DNA from: Sedimentisphaeraceae bacterium JB056 | Lineage (GTDB): Bacteria; Planctomycetota; Phycisphaerae; Sedimentisphaerales; Sedimentisphaeraceae | NCBI GenBank assembly: GCA_044440125.1 | Contig: JBITAJ010000022.1 | Span: 256,001-320,000 of the forward strand | Reading direction: 5' to 3' | DNA: 64,000 nucleotides | Shown: one piece after another, positions 1-9,578 of the stretch | How positions within the stretch are numbered: the first letter of the stretch is position 1 | How the letters are laid out: every line of letters begins with the position of its first letter | Program-made: the position numbers and the translations under genes | The notes under the pieces: generated by a model | What the model was told of the DNA's origin: nothing | The model's database searches: none | What the model saw: the letters and a program-made list of their open reading frames with translations, nothing else

Positions 1-997
1 CGACAATGAAATACGGAACAAGTTTGTCTACCTGACTGTCATTAACAAGCCCAGTAACGTAATCGCTTGGATTGAACTGATAATACATAAATAGGCATGT
101 GCCTACAAAATAAAAGAAAGTCCAAATAACAATACAAAGCACAAGATTTAACCATGTAGCTCTTCTTGCCTGATAAAGAGACTTTGCAGTCATCCATCTC
201 TGAACAACAGTAGGATCAGTTACAATAGCCAAAAAGCTGCTAAGTCCAAGTATAACCATTGTGTAAAAAGTGGCATTGCTCAAATCAAAATCCATATCAC
301 CAAAAGCAATTTTACCCTGTTTTATTCCCTCTGTAATCACATACCCTAATCCACTTCCATCGGGCAACCCTCTTACAGCTAATATTGCAACTGTAATACT
401 TCCGCCTACAAGTATAAATGTCTGTATTACATCAGTCCAAATAACAGCTTCTATTCCACCAAAAACAGTATAAACCATAGTCAGTATTCCTGTTATAATC
501 ATAATCAGAATAATAGGCTGGCCGGTAATATATGAAAGAGGAATCGCCATCAGAAACAAAACAGTACCAAGCCTTATAAGCTGAACAGCTATCATTGTAA
601 TTGCGCAATAAACACGAGGAATGGTTCCAAGCCTCTCTCCAACATAATCAAGAGTAGAAACAGCACCCGCTTTCTTAAAAAATGGAATTAAAAGATATAT
701 TGCAAGAAAAGAACCAGGAATAAGGCCTATATTTATAAGCAGCATCCTCCAGTCTTCCACGAAAGCAGCAGCAGGAAACCCAACGAACGTCACCGTACTG
801 ATTGATGTAGCAAACATTGAAAGCCCAACAGCCCAACCCGGCATTGAATTGTCAGCAAAGAAATAATCTTCAGTTGTTTTATTTTTACTTGCAAAATAGA
901 CACCAACCCCAACCATTGCCAACAAGTAAAAAACAAGAGTAGTAACATCAAATACTCTTATAGCTGCCAATACATTCACTACCAAAGAATCAGTCAT
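1..997 (-). CDS. Sodium:solute symporter (SSS/SLC5 family; sugar or sugar-acid transporter), 3' end beyond the window
   Basis: Not in the ORF track. Manual translation from ATG 997 (GGAG RBS at 1007-1010) gives MTDSLVVNVLAAIRVFDVTTLVFYLLAMVGVGVYFASKNKTTEDYFFADNSMPGWAVGLSMFATSISTVTFVGFPAAAF, a classic SSS N-terminus; GGIEAVIWTDVIQ occurs further on. Confidence 0.9.
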   Translation of the reverse strand, partial: MTDSLVVNVLAAIRVFDVTTLVFYLLAMVGVGVYFASKNKTTEDYFFADNSMPGWAVGLSMFATSISTVTFVGFPAAAFVEDWRMLLINIGLIPGSFLAIYLLIPFFKKAGAVSTLDYVGERLGTIPRVYCAITMIAVQLIRLGTVLFLMAIPLSYITGQPIILIMIITGILTMVYTVFGGIEAVIWTDVIQTFILVGGSITVAILAVRGLPDGSGLGYVITEGIKQGKIAFGDMDFDLSNATFYTMVILGLSSFLAIVTDPTVVQRWMTAKSLYQARRATWLNLVLCIVIWTFFYFVGTCLFMYYQFNPSDYVTGLVNDSQVDKLVPYFIV

Positions 998-1230
998 CAA
1001 TAGATACTCCAAATAAATTATCTCGATAATTCGATATTCTACCTGACACAATACCGAAATTATTATGCATTAATTTTACCGGCACCTAAATGAAGTTAAA
1101 CGCCAATTCAGCAGGTAGTTCCGCCATTTTCAGTTTTTAAACCCTTTTTTTACTTGAAAATCAAGACAAAAGGCTATCTAAACCCTGCACTTAATATAGA
1201 TAGGATATTCAATATTATGGAGCAGGATTT

Positions 1231-1505
1231 ATGAATCAAGACGTTAAACGAATAGTTTTTGTACTCACCCGAGGAAGATTGGGAATTCTGGGAAGGTTTT
1301 GCTGAATATGCTGCTTTGAACGAGAACTGGCTACTCTACAATCCGCTGTAGTTTCAATTTAACGCTAACGATGATGGGGTCTATAACTAGCTGAAGGATT
1401 TAAAGCCCGATGGCCTGGTTGTACCTAACTCAAGAGAAAATCTAAATGCCATCATGATCTCAGCATTCCAACGGTTCTATACCGCAACCTTAACAAGAAA
1501 ATTGG
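1231..1505 (+). pseudogene. Degraded N-terminal fragment of an XylR-type (LacI/AraC hybrid) regulator
   Basis: ATG 1231 with upstream GGAG/AGGA. Joined across two frameshifts and two TAG stops it reads MNQDVKRIVFVLT/EEDWEFWEGFAEYAALNENWLLYNPL*FQFNANDDGVYN*LKDLKPDGLVVPNSRENLNAIM/DLSIPTVLYRN, which aligns with the N-terminus of the intact XylR at 9579 (WILYN, DG, LGIPTV). Confidence 0.7.
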
Positions 1506-1520
1506 AAGCCAGCAGGAACG

Positions 1521-3092
1521 TTAATCAGCAAACAAAGGTACAGCCCATTTACCGAATGTAATAATTTCTCCTTTATTGCACTTTTTTTGATATAAAGTGC
1601 AATAATTAGATGTTTTAGGCGGATTGAAAAGAGGAAATTCAGGCATAGCGACTTTCTTGAAACCAAGTTTTTCCAATTCATCAGACTGACTGTCATCGTT
1701 CCTGAGAGGCTGTGGAGTCAGAAAATACAGCATACCATCAGAAATACATTGAACACTTTTAGTTCCGTCAATGTCAACCTGCAGTAAAATCATCCCATCA
1801 AGCTGAGCAGGGATTTTATTTGCCGTATAACTGCGGTCAGAAAACAGTTTTTCACCTTCTTTAAAAAGCTTTACTTCACCCTTCTCACTTACAAATTTCC
1901 CGGCAGGCTCAAATTCAAACGGCTGGCCATCTTTATTGTCAGCCAGAGCATCAGGTGCTCCTTCACTTATAAGGACATTCAGCCGTACCTTATCAGAGAC
2001 ATCTTTACCTGCGGCAGCATCGTCTTCTGTAAATGTCGCCATGTATATCTCTTTTTCATCCTTACGGGAATAATCATATGTTATGTATATGGTACCGTCA
2101 GGAGTCTGCTGGCCATCAGGATACGAAACACCCTTTCTCTCATCGATCAGCAGACCGCCCCGCCAGCTTTTACCGTCATCTTCAGATATAAACGCCATCA
2201 GATGACTGCGGCCGATCTTTTCATCTATTTTGCCATGCTTAACGAGAAGCAAATTACCCGAACTGAGTCTTCTTATAAAAAATCTTGCGGCAGGATGCTT
2301 GATAGTTGACTGCTTGAGTTCACTCCAAGTCAGACCTTTATCATAAGAAAAACTCTCTCCTATACCATACTTTGTTCGGACAAGCATCCATATTGTTCCA
2401 TCTTGCTTCTCAACAAAAATATGTTCATCAAAATCACGCTGATCTTTAGGCTGAATATCGCAAGCTCCAACAACATCAAAAGACAATCCGCTATCAGGAG
2501 ACACAACAGCCCTTGCACTGTAATCAGTCCCTCTCCATGTAGATGGGGGTAAAAGCCATTTTCCATCAGAAAGAACTGTCGGCTTACACATCATAATGCC
2601 TTCTGTAATCCGTCTTGGCTTTGACCAATTCACTTTTATACTATCGGCATCATCCGTGACAAGAGCCCAAACACCAGAATGTGGATTAAGACGGTCAGAA
2701 GCAGGATGTTGCGCCCAGAACACCCACAATCTTCCTTGCGGATCAACCCAAACCTCTGGATCAAAAGCCCTTATATCCCCGGGTCCATCAGGATCAATCT
2801 CAAATTGCTCCTGCCAGCTATTGCCATCATCATCACTTCTGGAAACAACAACATAATTATTCTTATCTTCTCCGGGCGTAGGACCTGCATACCAAACAGC
2901 CCAAACAGTACCCATGTCAGTTACTGCAATACTCGATATCCCCTGAAACTTTCTGGTTTCCAAAGACTGATAATGTTCACTGCCGAATGGAATTATCTCG
3001 GGCGGATTCAAAAATGTTTTAGCTTGCGTCTGAATACACATAGACAACCCTAATATCATTAATACAAATTTCAAAATAATTCTCCATTTCAA
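1521..3092 (-). CDS. Secreted BNR/Asp-box sialidase-like (GH33-like) beta-propeller with a C-terminal ~115-aa accessory module
   Basis: Signal peptide; FQGISSI in the FRIP-equivalent position; Asp-boxes SDDDGNSW, SPDSGLSF, SYDKGLTW, SEDDGKSW; SYPDG motif. Confidence 0.8.
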   Translation of the reverse strand: MKWRIILKFVLMILGLSMCIQTQAKTFLNPPEIIPFGSEHYQSLETRKFQGISSIAVTDMGTVWAVWYAGPTPGEDKNNYVVVSRSDDDGNSWQEQFEIDPDGPGDIRAFDPEVWVDPQGRLWVFWAQHPASDRLNPHSGVWALVTDDADSIKVNWSKPRRITEGIMMCKPTVLSDGKWLLPPSTWRGTDYSARAVVSPDSGLSFDVVGACDIQPKDQRDFDEHIFVEKQDGTIWMLVRTKYGIGESFSYDKGLTWSELKQSTIKHPAARFFIRRLSSGNLLLVKHGKIDEKIGRSHLMAFISEDDGKSWRGGLLIDERKGVSYPDGQQTPDGTIYITYDYSRKDEKEIYMATFTEDDAAAGKDVSDKVRLNVLISEGAPDALADNKDGQPFEFEPAGKFVSEKGEVKLFKEGEKLFSDRSYTANKIPAQLDGMILLQVDIDGTKSVQCISDGMLYFLTPQPLRNDDSQSDELEKLGFKKVAMPEFPLFNPPKTSNYCTLYQKKCNKGEIITFGKWAVPLFAD

Positions 3093-3095
3093 TAA

Positions 3096-4346
3096 TCAGA
3101 AAAAATCTTTTAAGCCTAATACTGCTATATATGACATCACTAAAGAAAAGACAAATGCCGCTGCCAATCCAATATTCAACAGAATTCCGGCTTTATGCCT
3201 ACCCATATCTTTCATATTCACCAGAAATATTATACTGACTACTACCAATGGAAGACTGAATACCTGAGCCACCTGAGTTGCAATCTGAGCTAATATAGGA
3301 TTGGCTCCGAGTATCGGTACTGTAAGTCCAATCACTGCGGCAATTGCAGTCAACGAGCGAAACATAACCGACTTTGTAACCATCTTCCCCTTATTATAAT
3401 CCGAGATGAGCAGAGGCGCTACCATCATTATCGGAAGCGTTGAAGATAGTCCCGCACTAAGCGTACCCACCAAAAACAACGCAACCGCAAATTTACCCGC
3501 AAAGGGGCGAAGACTGTTTGCCATATCAAGAACATTTGTGACAACTTTGCCTTCCGAGAATAATGCACCAGTAGCGCAAATCATAACGGAAGCACTTATA
3601 ACAAACATCAAAAAAGCGGATAAAAAAGAATCTCTACACTGGGCAGAGTATCCATCCTCCGCTTTATCCCATCCTTTACTTTTCACAAGTAAGGGCCTGA
3701 CAACAAACGTAGGCGCAGCCATAGTCGTTCCAACAAAAGCAGCAATCATTAAGTTGGCACCCTCAACATTGGGTATAGACGGCACCAATCCCTTGACTAT
3801 AAGGGATGGAGACGGTAATACCATGAACATCGATATAATGAAACTCAGACCAAGTATAGTAACAAAGAAAACCAGCACTTTCTCAAATATTGAATACGTA
3901 CCAACCCAAAGTATAATGTACATAACAGCCATTATCAATACCGATATAAGCAATATCAACCAATAGCTATTACCACCGATTGAGGGGAAAAGAAGCTTAA
4001 AACTTTCAAAAAGAGCACTTGAAGACAAGCCGACAAGCCCCGAAAGACAACACCATTGCCCAACGCTCACGCCTGCTATTATAAGTATAGCTATCAATTT
4101 ACCAAATTTGAACTTTGTTTTGAAACTGTGAATAGCCGTTTCTCCGGTCACTACCGCACAACGACCATACGCTTCCATTAAAACCCACGTAAAAAGACAG
4201 CTCAGCGCCAAAACCCATAACAACTGGGTTCCGAATTCCGAGCCTGCCTTGCTCATTGACGTAACACTGCCGGTGCCTATAGTATAACCTATACAGAAAA
4301 TACCAGGACCTATAGCCAAAAGCATAAGCCATAATTTCTTTAACAT
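3096..4346 (-). CDS. NRAMP-like (APC superfamily) transporter
   Basis: About 11 hydrophobic segments; GPG...GTGSVT...AGSEFGTQLLW N-terminus; AAFVGTT motif. ATG 4346 preceded by GAGG. Confidence 0.75.
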   Translation of the reverse strand: MLKKLWLMLLAIGPGIFCIGYTIGTGSVTSMSKAGSEFGTQLLWVLALSCLFTWVLMEAYGRCAVVTGETAIHSFKTKFKFGKLIAILIIAGVSVGQWCCLSGLVGLSSSALFESFKLLFPSIGGNSYWLILLISVLIMAVMYIILWVGTYSIFEKVLVFFVTILGLSFIISMFMVLPSPSLIVKGLVPSIPNVEGANLMIAAFVGTTMAAPTFVVRPLLVKSKGWDKAEDGYSAQCRDSFLSAFLMFVISASVMICATGALFSEGKVVTNVLDMANSLRPFAGKFAVALFLVGTLSAGLSSTLPIMMVAPLLISDYNKGKMVTKSVMFRSLTAIAAVIGLTVPILGANPILAQIATQVAQVFSLPLVVVSIIFLVNMKDMGRHKAGILLNIGLAAAFVFSLVMSYIAVLGLKDFF

Positions 4347-4374
4347 CAAAACGTCCTCATTAAAATTTCAATTC

Positions 4375-4390
4375 CAGTAAGCGCTTACAC
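4375..4390. promoter_or_regulatory. LacI/GalR-type operator upstream of the NRAMP-like gene
   Basis: Perfect 12-bp palindrome GTAAGCGCTTAC at 4377-4388 with a central CG, about 30 bp upstream of the start codon. Confidence 0.55.
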
Positions 4391-4511
4391 CGCTAATAAG
4401 AGTCTTATTTTTGTATACTATGCTTGCTGTTTTCGCAGCACCCAAACGGTATTGAATGCGTAAAACAGCAGTATTCTCGGTAAACGCATGAACGATTACT
4501 AATTCCATACA

Positions 4512-5603
4512 CTATCTGACTACTCTGCCGGATTTACTGCCATTCATAAGTATTTCTATCTCATCACGTTTATTGAAGTTGAAATCACCCATTATTGAAT
4601 GAGCCAAACATGATGCCGCAGCAGCATACGAAATAGCCTTCTGCGGTTCACATAATGTATCATCATTCAAAGCAAATATCAAGCCGGCAGCAAAAGAATC
4701 ACCGCCACCTACACGGTCAACGATATGTGTTATAGTGTAAGGACTGTAACTACCGTCTTCTGTTGGCGAATAATACGATTTATTTTCAGCACAATCATAC
4801 AGCATTGCACCCCAGTTATTATGTGAAGCCGATATACTCTCTCGGAATGTAGTGGCAACCATCTTAACATTTGGAAACTTTTCAGATATTTTCTGAGCAA
4901 CCTGCTCATACTGCCTGACATCAAGCTTACCGCTGCTTACATCTGTATTGTCTGCGTTTATGCCAAGTACGCTTGAAGCGTCTTCCTCATTAGCAACCAG
5001 AACATCAACAAACGGCAATATTTCTGACATTGTTATACCTGCCAACTCTTTTGATGAACGCGTTTTGTCCCATTGCCACAGCTTGCCTCTGTAATTAAGG
5101 TCACAGGAAACGGTTATGCCCTTCTCTTTAGCCTTTTTTACGGATTCCAACGTTGCCTTTGCTGCTGTTTCAGAAAGAGCCGGTGTTATGCCGGTAACGT
5201 GAAACCAACCGGCATCTTCAAAAATCGTATCCCAATCATACTGAGAAAAAGAGGTAAGCGAAACAGAAGAGTAACTTCTGTCATAAATCACTCTGCTCGG
5301 CCTTTGGTTAGCACCTGCTTCAGTAAAATACAGGCCAAGGCGACCTTCATTGTTAAATACAATACATGAGGTATCAACATCTAATCCTTTAAGCTGTGAT
5401 ATGCAGGCATCAGTTATATCATTATCAGGAAGAGCAGTAACAAATCCTGAGCAGCCTCCCATATAAGCAATGGAAGCAGCAACATTAGCCTCTGCTCCGG
5501 CAAAAGTCATGTTTATATCACCCGGCAACGCCTGCCTGAATCTCAAGAATCCACCCGGCGTAATACGCCCCATTATCTCACCAAATGTTACAATACGTTT
5601 CAT
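4512..5603 (-). CDS. kdgK: 2-keto-3-deoxygluconate kinase (PfkB family)
   Basis: MKRIVTFGEIM, AGAEANVA, DLNYRGKLW and DRVGGGDSFAAG motifs; adjacent to eda. ATG 5603 preferred over the track start at 5627. Confidence 0.9.
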   Translation of the reverse strand: MKRIVTFGEIMGRITPGGFLRFRQALPGDINMTFAGAEANVAASIAYMGGCSGFVTALPDNDITDACISQLKGLDVDTSCIVFNNEGRLGLYFTEAGANQRPSRVIYDRSYSSVSLTSFSQYDWDTIFEDAGWFHVTGITPALSETAAKATLESVKKAKEKGITVSCDLNYRGKLWQWDKTRSSKELAGITMSEILPFVDVLVANEEDASSVLGINADNTDVSSGKLDVRQYEQVAQKISEKFPNVKMVATTFRESISASHNNWGAMLYDCAENKSYYSPTEDGSYSPYTITHIVDRVGGGDSFAAGLIFALNDDTLCEPQKAISYAAAASCLAHSIMGDFNFNKRDEIEILMNGSKSGRVVR

Positions 5604-5635
5604 TTTATTTCCTAAATCAAATTCCAATCAATGAA

Positions 5636-6277
5636 TCAGCCTAACTCAGAAAGCTTTGAAACCGCCATACAACAAAGCTCTCTGATCCCTTTCCAATCAC
5701 CTTCAGCAATTTTCTTTCTCGGCGCAAGCCATGAACCGCCAACTGCGAAAATGCAACCATCCTTCAGATATTCCATGAAGTTAGTTTCATTTACACCACC
5801 TAACGGCATAAACTCTAAGCCTTTATACATATATGGAGCTGACATGCATTTAAGATATTTAAGCCCGCCAAGAGGCTCAGCCGGAAAAAACTTCAAGTAT
5901 TTCAAATCAAATTCAAGAGCCTGCTCTACTTCCGATGGAGTAGCAATACCCGGAGCAAATGGCAAGTCAATATCAATAGCTTTTTCTAACACTTTAGAAT
6001 TAAGCCCCGGAGAAACGGCAAACTGCCCTCCCGCATCTTTAACTTGGACTGCCTGATCAACAGTAAGAACAGTCCCTGCACCAACAAGCATTTCCGGCAT
6101 TTTGCTATTTATCAATTCTATGGCATCTAAAGCACAATCGGTGCGAAGAGTAAGCTCTATACTTTTAAGACCGGCATTAACTAACGTCTCTGCCAGCGGT
6201 AAAGCATTATTAATATCGTCTATAACAACCGTAGCAACAATCTTTTGTCTTTTTATTTCTTCAAAAATAGAATGCAT
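5636..6277 (-). CDS. eda: KDPG/KHG aldolase
   Basis: IELTLRT, VGAGTV, FAVSPG, PGIATPSE, LKFFPAEPLGG and PLGGV motifs; likely start ATG 6277. Confidence 0.92.
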   Translation of the reverse strand: MHSIFEEIKRQKIVATVVIDDINNALPLAETLVNAGLKSIELTLRTDCALDAIELINSKMPEMLVGAGTVLTVDQAVQVKDAGGQFAVSPGLNSKVLEKAIDIDLPFAPGIATPSEVEQALEFDLKYLKFFPAEPLGGLKYLKCMSAPYMYKGLEFMPLGGVNETNFMEYLKDGCIFAVGGSWLAPRKKIAEGDWKGIRELCCMAVSKLSELG

Positions 6278-6307
6278 AAATACTTCCATAAATTCAGTTT
6301 TAAGCAA

Positions 6308-8449
6308 TTAATCATTAATATCAGGTGCAAATTCCTGCTCTTTATCAATTGCAACTTTCCCAACCGTATCAGTCAAACCAGTATACCCCGGGCCACCACC
6401 GGCAACGAAGCCATCACTGCGTCCGTTTTGATCACTACTCACCCAGAAGGAATAAAGACTGCCGTTAGTCAGTTCAAAATAAAATTTCACCGGTTTGCCC
6501 GCAAGAGCTGAAAGGCTTTTACCGTCTTTCCATTTCATTTGAGCTATAGTACTGTCACCGCTGAATGCAATGCTGTTTTCAATCGTAAACGGTTCGATTG
6601 CATTGCCATCTAAATCACGTACTTCGGCACGAATGCATCCACTGGAAACAGCATTTATGAACAGATAATCACCGGGAAATTTCAACGGCCGAGTTAATAT
6701 ACTTCCCTTTTTATCACCAGCATCAAGCGAAACAAAACCATCTCGCCTCATAAAAGCAACACCGGTACTGCCGTTATCATACATTCCGGTCTGTATCCAT
6801 ATTCCATTTGGATTCGAGGCATCCCCTCTGAACCCACTATAATAAAACCACAGTTTATCACCACGTACAGTACATATGTTTCCTACGGATTGTACATAGC
6901 CCCGATCCCATACATCTTTCCTTTCGGCAGAAATATGGGCCCGACGATCCGGACGTGACCAATGGAATCCATCACGACTATACGCAAACATTAATTCCGT
7001 TATCTTAGGTAATCCAGCCTCGTCACATTTATCGTTTGGCGGACCATGATGTATCTCAAAAAAACCAAGCATTATACTCTCGTAAGCAACTGCATCAAAA
7101 TTATAAAGCTGTGGTTCTCTACCAGTAAGATAATCACGAGGATCTAACCTATCAGTCATCAACCATGGAACCTTTTGAGAATTGGACCATTTCGCACCCT
7201 TGAGAAAATCATCACACTCGTAATAATCTCTGGCTCGTCCTTTTCCGGAAAAGGATGTACGAAGACTGTATACCCATTTTTTTCTAAATGGATTGTAGAA
7301 ATGGGTACTTCTGTCGCCGGTTAAGCCTGTTTCAATACGTTTAGTCCAGTGAATACCATCAGGAGAAGTGAGGCTCCAGCCAGGCATAGTACCCCCCGGA
7401 GGCCGCATAAACAGCGTCCATTTTTCTTCCGAATTCTCGGCGTCAGGATTTGGGAAAACCGTCCAAGAATCAGCAGTAAGATCAGTCGGTAATACCTGAT
7501 TGGTTCCCGGCACTATATCAAGTTCGGGACGATCCCAGTTTATCCCATCGCGGCTGGTCGCGTAAGCAATAGTTCCGATCCAACCCGCCTCATACCACAT
7601 CTTAAATAACTGTTGTTCAGGATCCCACCATATTCCTCCACTTTTCGGAGCGGCAACCGCATTGCCCGGATATCCATTGTAATATGGAACACTGCGGACA
7701 GCATTTATCTCTAATTTGGTCTTCGGCTCAAGTATTGGATTGCCTTTGTACTTCTCCGGTTTATGATAAGAACGCCGCAAGTCTGTGCTCTCTATGAGAA
7801 AATCGTCAACAAATAATTGCCGCCCTATATCTATGTTTATCAACTTCGGGGGATCATTCAGGTATGGTACCGGCATAGGTTCATCAGCAACAGGGTCAAT
7901 ATTACACGGCGGCCAAATCTCAGGCAGACGAATACCATTATAGAGAAGCTCTCCTGAATTGACACTCCACGGTTTATCTTCCATCTTTTCAGCATCACAA
8001 AAACCAAGCACTACAACATATTTACCCAGACGATAGTTCTCGCCTTTCTTAACATTCTTTTTAAAGGCTGAAACACGATTCCAATCTTTGTCACCAAAAA
8101 GCTGGAAAGGCGGGATTTCAATACGACCAAACCCCAATCCCTGTAGCGAATCTGCACAAGAACCGTATTGTGCATCCTTGTAAGGAGTCAATACTACCAA
8201 CATGCCATCCTCTTTTATTCTTATAAAAGAGGAGTCTATAGTATCTACAAGCATCTGCAAGCCTTTAAGTGATTCAGGGCATTCACTGACAGCATAATCA
8301 CGATTCGTAAAAATATTCGCGCCAACTTCAAAAGTAATTACATTACAGTCACCCCTGTAAATAATTGAAGCCATTTTATCATTTTGCCGTGACATTTCTG
8401 CAGTAACAACAGGCAAAAAGATTAATATTGCCAATAACGTTTTTCTCAT
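6308..8449 (-). CDS. Secreted five-bladed beta-propeller glycoside hydrolase-like protein (GH32/43/130 superfamily) with an N-terminal accessory module
   Basis: Signal peptide; RQLFVDDFLI, YKGNPILEP, AYATSRDGINWDRPEL, TSPDGIHW, YSRDGFHWSR, LWFYYSG and RRDGFVSL motifs. Confidence 0.7.
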   Translation of the reverse strand: MRKTLLAILIFLPVVTAEMSRQNDKMASIIYRGDCNVITFEVGANIFTNRDYAVSECPESLKGLQMLVDTIDSSFIRIKEDGMLVVLTPYKDAQYGSCADSLQGLGFGRIEIPPFQLFGDKDWNRVSAFKKNVKKGENYRLGKYVVVLGFCDAEKMEDKPWSVNSGELLYNGIRLPEIWPPCNIDPVADEPMPVPYLNDPPKLINIDIGRQLFVDDFLIESTDLRRSYHKPEKYKGNPILEPKTKLEINAVRSVPYYNGYPGNAVAAPKSGGIWWDPEQQLFKMWYEAGWIGTIAYATSRDGINWDRPELDIVPGTNQVLPTDLTADSWTVFPNPDAENSEEKWTLFMRPPGGTMPGWSLTSPDGIHWTKRIETGLTGDRSTHFYNPFRKKWVYSLRTSFSGKGRARDYYECDDFLKGAKWSNSQKVPWLMTDRLDPRDYLTGREPQLYNFDAVAYESIMLGFFEIHHGPPNDKCDEAGLPKITELMFAYSRDGFHWSRPDRRAHISAERKDVWDRGYVQSVGNICTVRGDKLWFYYSGFRGDASNPNGIWIQTGMYDNGSTGVAFMRRDGFVSLDAGDKKGSILTRPLKFPGDYLFINAVSSGCIRAEVRDLDGNAIEPFTIENSIAFSGDSTIAQMKWKDGKSLSALAGKPVKFYFELTNGSLYSFWVSSDQNGRSDGFVAGGGPGYTGLTDTVGKVAIDKEQEFAPDIND

Positions 8450-8451
8450 AT

Positions 8452-9390
8452 TTATTCCTTATTCACAAAACCAGACTTCTCAAGATATCTCATGCTTTCT
8501 GAAAGATTCCTATAAACATCCTCTTCACTTCCGCCAGAAGCGAGCTCAATAGCAACATATTCACAATCATTCTCTGCCAATCTCGAGAATACAAAATTAA
8601 ATGGAAGCGGATTGCAGGTAAGCGTCTGCTGCGAAGTCCCATTCCTGGCTGATTTCAAATGCACATATGAAAGTTTATATCCAAATTCATCAAGCAGTTT
8701 TTTAACCTGCTCAGGAGTTATGTCAATTTGGGAGTTAGTGAAAAAGTTAGCAGTATCAAACTGCCACAATACATTCTCACCACTTTGTTCCAGAATTTCA
8801 GCAAAACCATAGTAAGGTTTACCGCGTCCATCAATGTCACCATTACTATTTTCAACAACAAGCGTTAATCCATACCTAGCCGCTATATCGGAAGCCTTGT
8901 GAACACGATTAATGGCTTCATGAAATTCTTCCTCAGTCCATCCCATTTTGGCAGAACAGGAACTGTACTCTCTATTTGCAGCTAAAGCTCGACAAAAACC
9001 CGGCCCACTAAATAAAGCTGCACGTTTGGCCTGGAGCTCAAAAACATCAATAAAATCTGAATCAAGCAACCCTCTCTGCGAAGAATAAACCATCTCAATA
9101 TTTTTGCTGCGAGCATATCGAGCTATTTCCGCACATTCAGTCTCACTTAGACAGACATCAGGATCGCGAAGCTCTATCCAATCATAATCATTTTCACAAG
9201 CATAATTTACAAATTTCAATGAGCTTTCTAATGAAACATCACTTACCTCAAGAAAGTTCTGAGTAGTAAATCCCAACTTGATTTCGTGACTTCCTTCTTT
9301 CCGCAAACGTTCACCATTAACGCAACTGCTGCATAAGAAAACTGCTGCTAAACATATAACAATAATTATTTTATAAAACGATTTCGTCAT
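8452..9390 (-). CDS. Xylose-isomerase-like TIM barrel (sugar phosphate isomerase/epimerase family), probable lipoprotein
   Basis: WIELR, LVVEN, QFDTAN, YVHLK and AIEL metal-site motifs; N-terminal hydrophobic segment ending LCSSC. Confidence 0.7.
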   Translation of the reverse strand: MTKSFYKIIIVICLAAVFLCSSCVNGERLRKEGSHEIKLGFTTQNFLEVSDVSLESSLKFVNYACENDYDWIELRDPDVCLSETECAEIARYARSKNIEMVYSSQRGLLDSDFIDVFELQAKRAALFSGPGFCRALAANREYSSCSAKMGWTEEEFHEAINRVHKASDIAARYGLTLVVENSNGDIDGRGKPYYGFAEILEQSGENVLWQFDTANFFTNSQIDITPEQVKKLLDEFGYKLSYVHLKSARNGTSQQTLTCNPLPFNFVFSRLAENDCEYVAIELASGGSEEDVYRNLSESMRYLEKSGFVNKE

Positions 9391-9459
9391 ATCTCAAACC
9401 TTATTTAGTAATCACACTATATTGTCACATAAGAATTATAGCAAAGTAACTAAAACATC

Positions 9460-9496
9460 AAACACCATTATGCGTACAACAAAACACCTTATTGCG
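9460..9496. promoter_or_regulatory. Candidate XylR/AraC-type direct-repeat binding site
   Basis: AAACACCATTATGCG (9460) and AAACACCTTATTGCG (9482), 22-bp period, in the divergent intergenic region. Confidence 0.4.
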
Positions 9497-9578
9497 ACAC
9501 AATAAACCTTGAATATTAAGTTTATAGCATTATAATAGATTAAACAAATAGAAAACTACTCATTTTGCGACTATACAT

